The translations under genes and the position numbers were made by a program. The notes under the pieces were generated by a model. The model was not told where the DNA came from and ran no database searches. It worked only from the letters and a program-made list of their open reading frames with translations. From Opitutus sp. GAS368 (lineage in GTDB: Bacteria; Verrucomicrobiota; Verrucomicrobiia; Opitutales; Opitutaceae), in assembly GCA_945861235.1 (NCBI GenBank), contig CAMATV010000001.1, positions 1-33,167 of the forward strand: a DNA stretch of 33,167 nt, read 5' to 3'. The stretch's first letter is position 1. Every line of letters starts with the position of its first letter. Of this stretch, positions 32,152 to 33,167 are shown in pieces.

Positions 32152-32404
32152 CTGGATTTTCAGGGGGATCGGATCCGGGAGGGGTTTAAGGGGAGGGGCA
32201 GGGGGGGATTTGGATGAGTTAGACGTAAATGAGTCGATTTTGGGAGGGCGGCGGGTTCGGGTGATGCTGGGGACTTGGGGTGGGGAACGACTGCGACCGA
32301 AAGGGGGATTGCGGGCGCGAATCGAGGCTCTGCTTGCCGTTTGGGGACAAGCAACGTGGGGTGGGGATGAACGAGCGGTGAGCTCCGAATCGCTCGGGGT
32401 CAAG
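32152..32404 (-). repeat. Repeat modules M2+M3, copy E
   Basis: M2 consensus copy at 32152-32189. M3 at 32190-32404 aligns with 16814-17028. Confidence 0.9.
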
Positions 32405-32687
32405 TCGCAACGCGTTGCGGGCCTCCGAGCGAATTTCCCATTATGCGTTTTGTGTTGGCCGGATCGAACCAGCGCACGGTGGGACGAGGGTTGTTATGAC
32501 GGTGACCCTGTTTGCATCACATGCTCCGATGCACAGGCTTTCTGCTGTTCCTTCCCAAGTTAGCATCACGACGACTCCCATTCATCGGGCGTCACCAACC
32601 GAGCCTACACGGGCCACGGTGGTCAATTGATGTGGGCCGCGTTTCGCGGGCCAAAATCGCCGTGGTGCTTCAGGTCGGATCGTTCCA

Positions 32688-33167
32688 ATGAAGCAAAATC
32701 AAACGCTCGAAGTTCAGTCGTCTAGCCGGTTAGCCAATCTTGCCAACGCGCTCGTCGTATGCGCCAAGGAGTTTCATGCCGATGACGCGCCACCCTTGAT
32801 CGAACGAGTCACGCAACTGGCGTTCGCCAACGGGTTCTACCTCACCGTGAAGAACCCCGAAGACGCCGAGAAGCTGCTGGCCGAGTTAGATATTTTGGAA
32901 ATTACAGGAGGTGTCGACCGATCTGCGTTGGTCGAGACCTTGCACGTCTTGCTAATCGGCGATGCTTGGCTGCGGGCGATTGGCGAGAAGCTCAGAACCT
33001 TCGTGCAGGACCGACCGGATGATTTGGGGCGGATACTCTTCGGCTTTTTCGCCGGACTGCATGTCGCCAAGTCGCTCCCGAATTATGCCAAGCTCATGGG
33101 TGGGCAGTGGGATTCCTTCAACACCGAGACAAAGTTTCTTTATGCTCGGCTGATCAGGTGGCGGTTG
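32688..33167 (+). CDS. Hypothetical protein, N-terminal 160 codons (open to the right window edge)
   Basis: Own translation from ATG 32688: MKQNQTLEVQSSSRLANLANALVVCAKEFHADDAPPLIERVTQLAFANGFYLTVKNPEDAEKLLAELDILEITGG...FNTETKFLYARLIRWRL. No stop before 33167. Not in the ORF track. I recognise no family. Confidence 0.5.
   Translation, partial: MKQNQTLEVQSSSRLANLANALVVCAKEFHADDAPPLIERVTQLAFANGFYLTVKNPEDAEKLLAELDILEITGGVDRSALVETLHVLLIGDAWLRAIGEKLRTFVQDRPDDLGRILFGFFAGLHVAKSLPNYAKLMGGQWDSFNTETKFLYARLIRWRL

Noticed and set aside
6334-32189. Possibility that the recurring 38-bp motif is a CRISPR array or part of one
   Set aside because: The copies are kilobases apart and separated by full-length genes. 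They are not regularly spaced, and there are no cas genes in the window.
32459-32480. tRNA-like GGTTCGATCC (T-arm-like) on the minus strand, a possible integrase attachment remnant
   Set aside because: The flanking bases do not form a 5-bp T-stem with a 7-nt loop. No acceptor stem or anticodon arm could be built by hand. There is no integrase gene nearby.

Overview
This is a high-GC bacterial chromosomal segment. Gene content and protein style suggest a PVC-group genome, possibly Verrucomicrobiota/Opitutaceae-like; that is inference only.

Gene layout:
- Left edge (1-2948): a small lactone/sugar-acid-type cluster with a DHDPS-family aldolase, two Amidohydro_2-type hydrolases, and a truncated Tat-signal aminotransferase-like ORF.
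- 3029-31919: every credible gene (15 CDS plus one gene remnant) is on the minus strand. Together they form a nutrient-uptake super-locus built around four TonB-dependent outer-membrane receptors (TBDRs).
  - (a) ECF sigma, then FecR anti-sigma, then an STN-domain TonB-dependent transducer, then two paralogous secreted beta-propeller glycoside-hydrolase-like proteins.
  - (b) A TBDR followed by a Tat-exported M19-type dipeptidase.
  - (c) A lone alpha/beta hydrolase followed by a 58-codon TBDR remnant.
  - (d) A TBDR, then an alpha/beta hydrolase paralog, then two exported Gfo/Idh/MocA oxidoreductases.
  - (e) A fourth TBDR, paralogous to the one in (b).
- Right edge: an uncharacterised plus-strand ORF runs off the window.

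What was not found: transposases, CRISPR arrays, rRNA genes or convincing tRNA genes.

The least explained signal is a modular family of intergenic repeats, here called M1, M2 and M3.
- They sit in front of essentially every transcription unit of the super-locus, always in the same orientation.
- One module is 100% identical at two loci 20 kb apart.
- One edge coincides exactly with a gene truncation.
- Two copies are followed by plus-strand hairpin plus T-run terminators, although no plus-strand gene is present.

I cannot assign these repeats to any element family I know. All coordinates and identities were derived by hand from the sequence.
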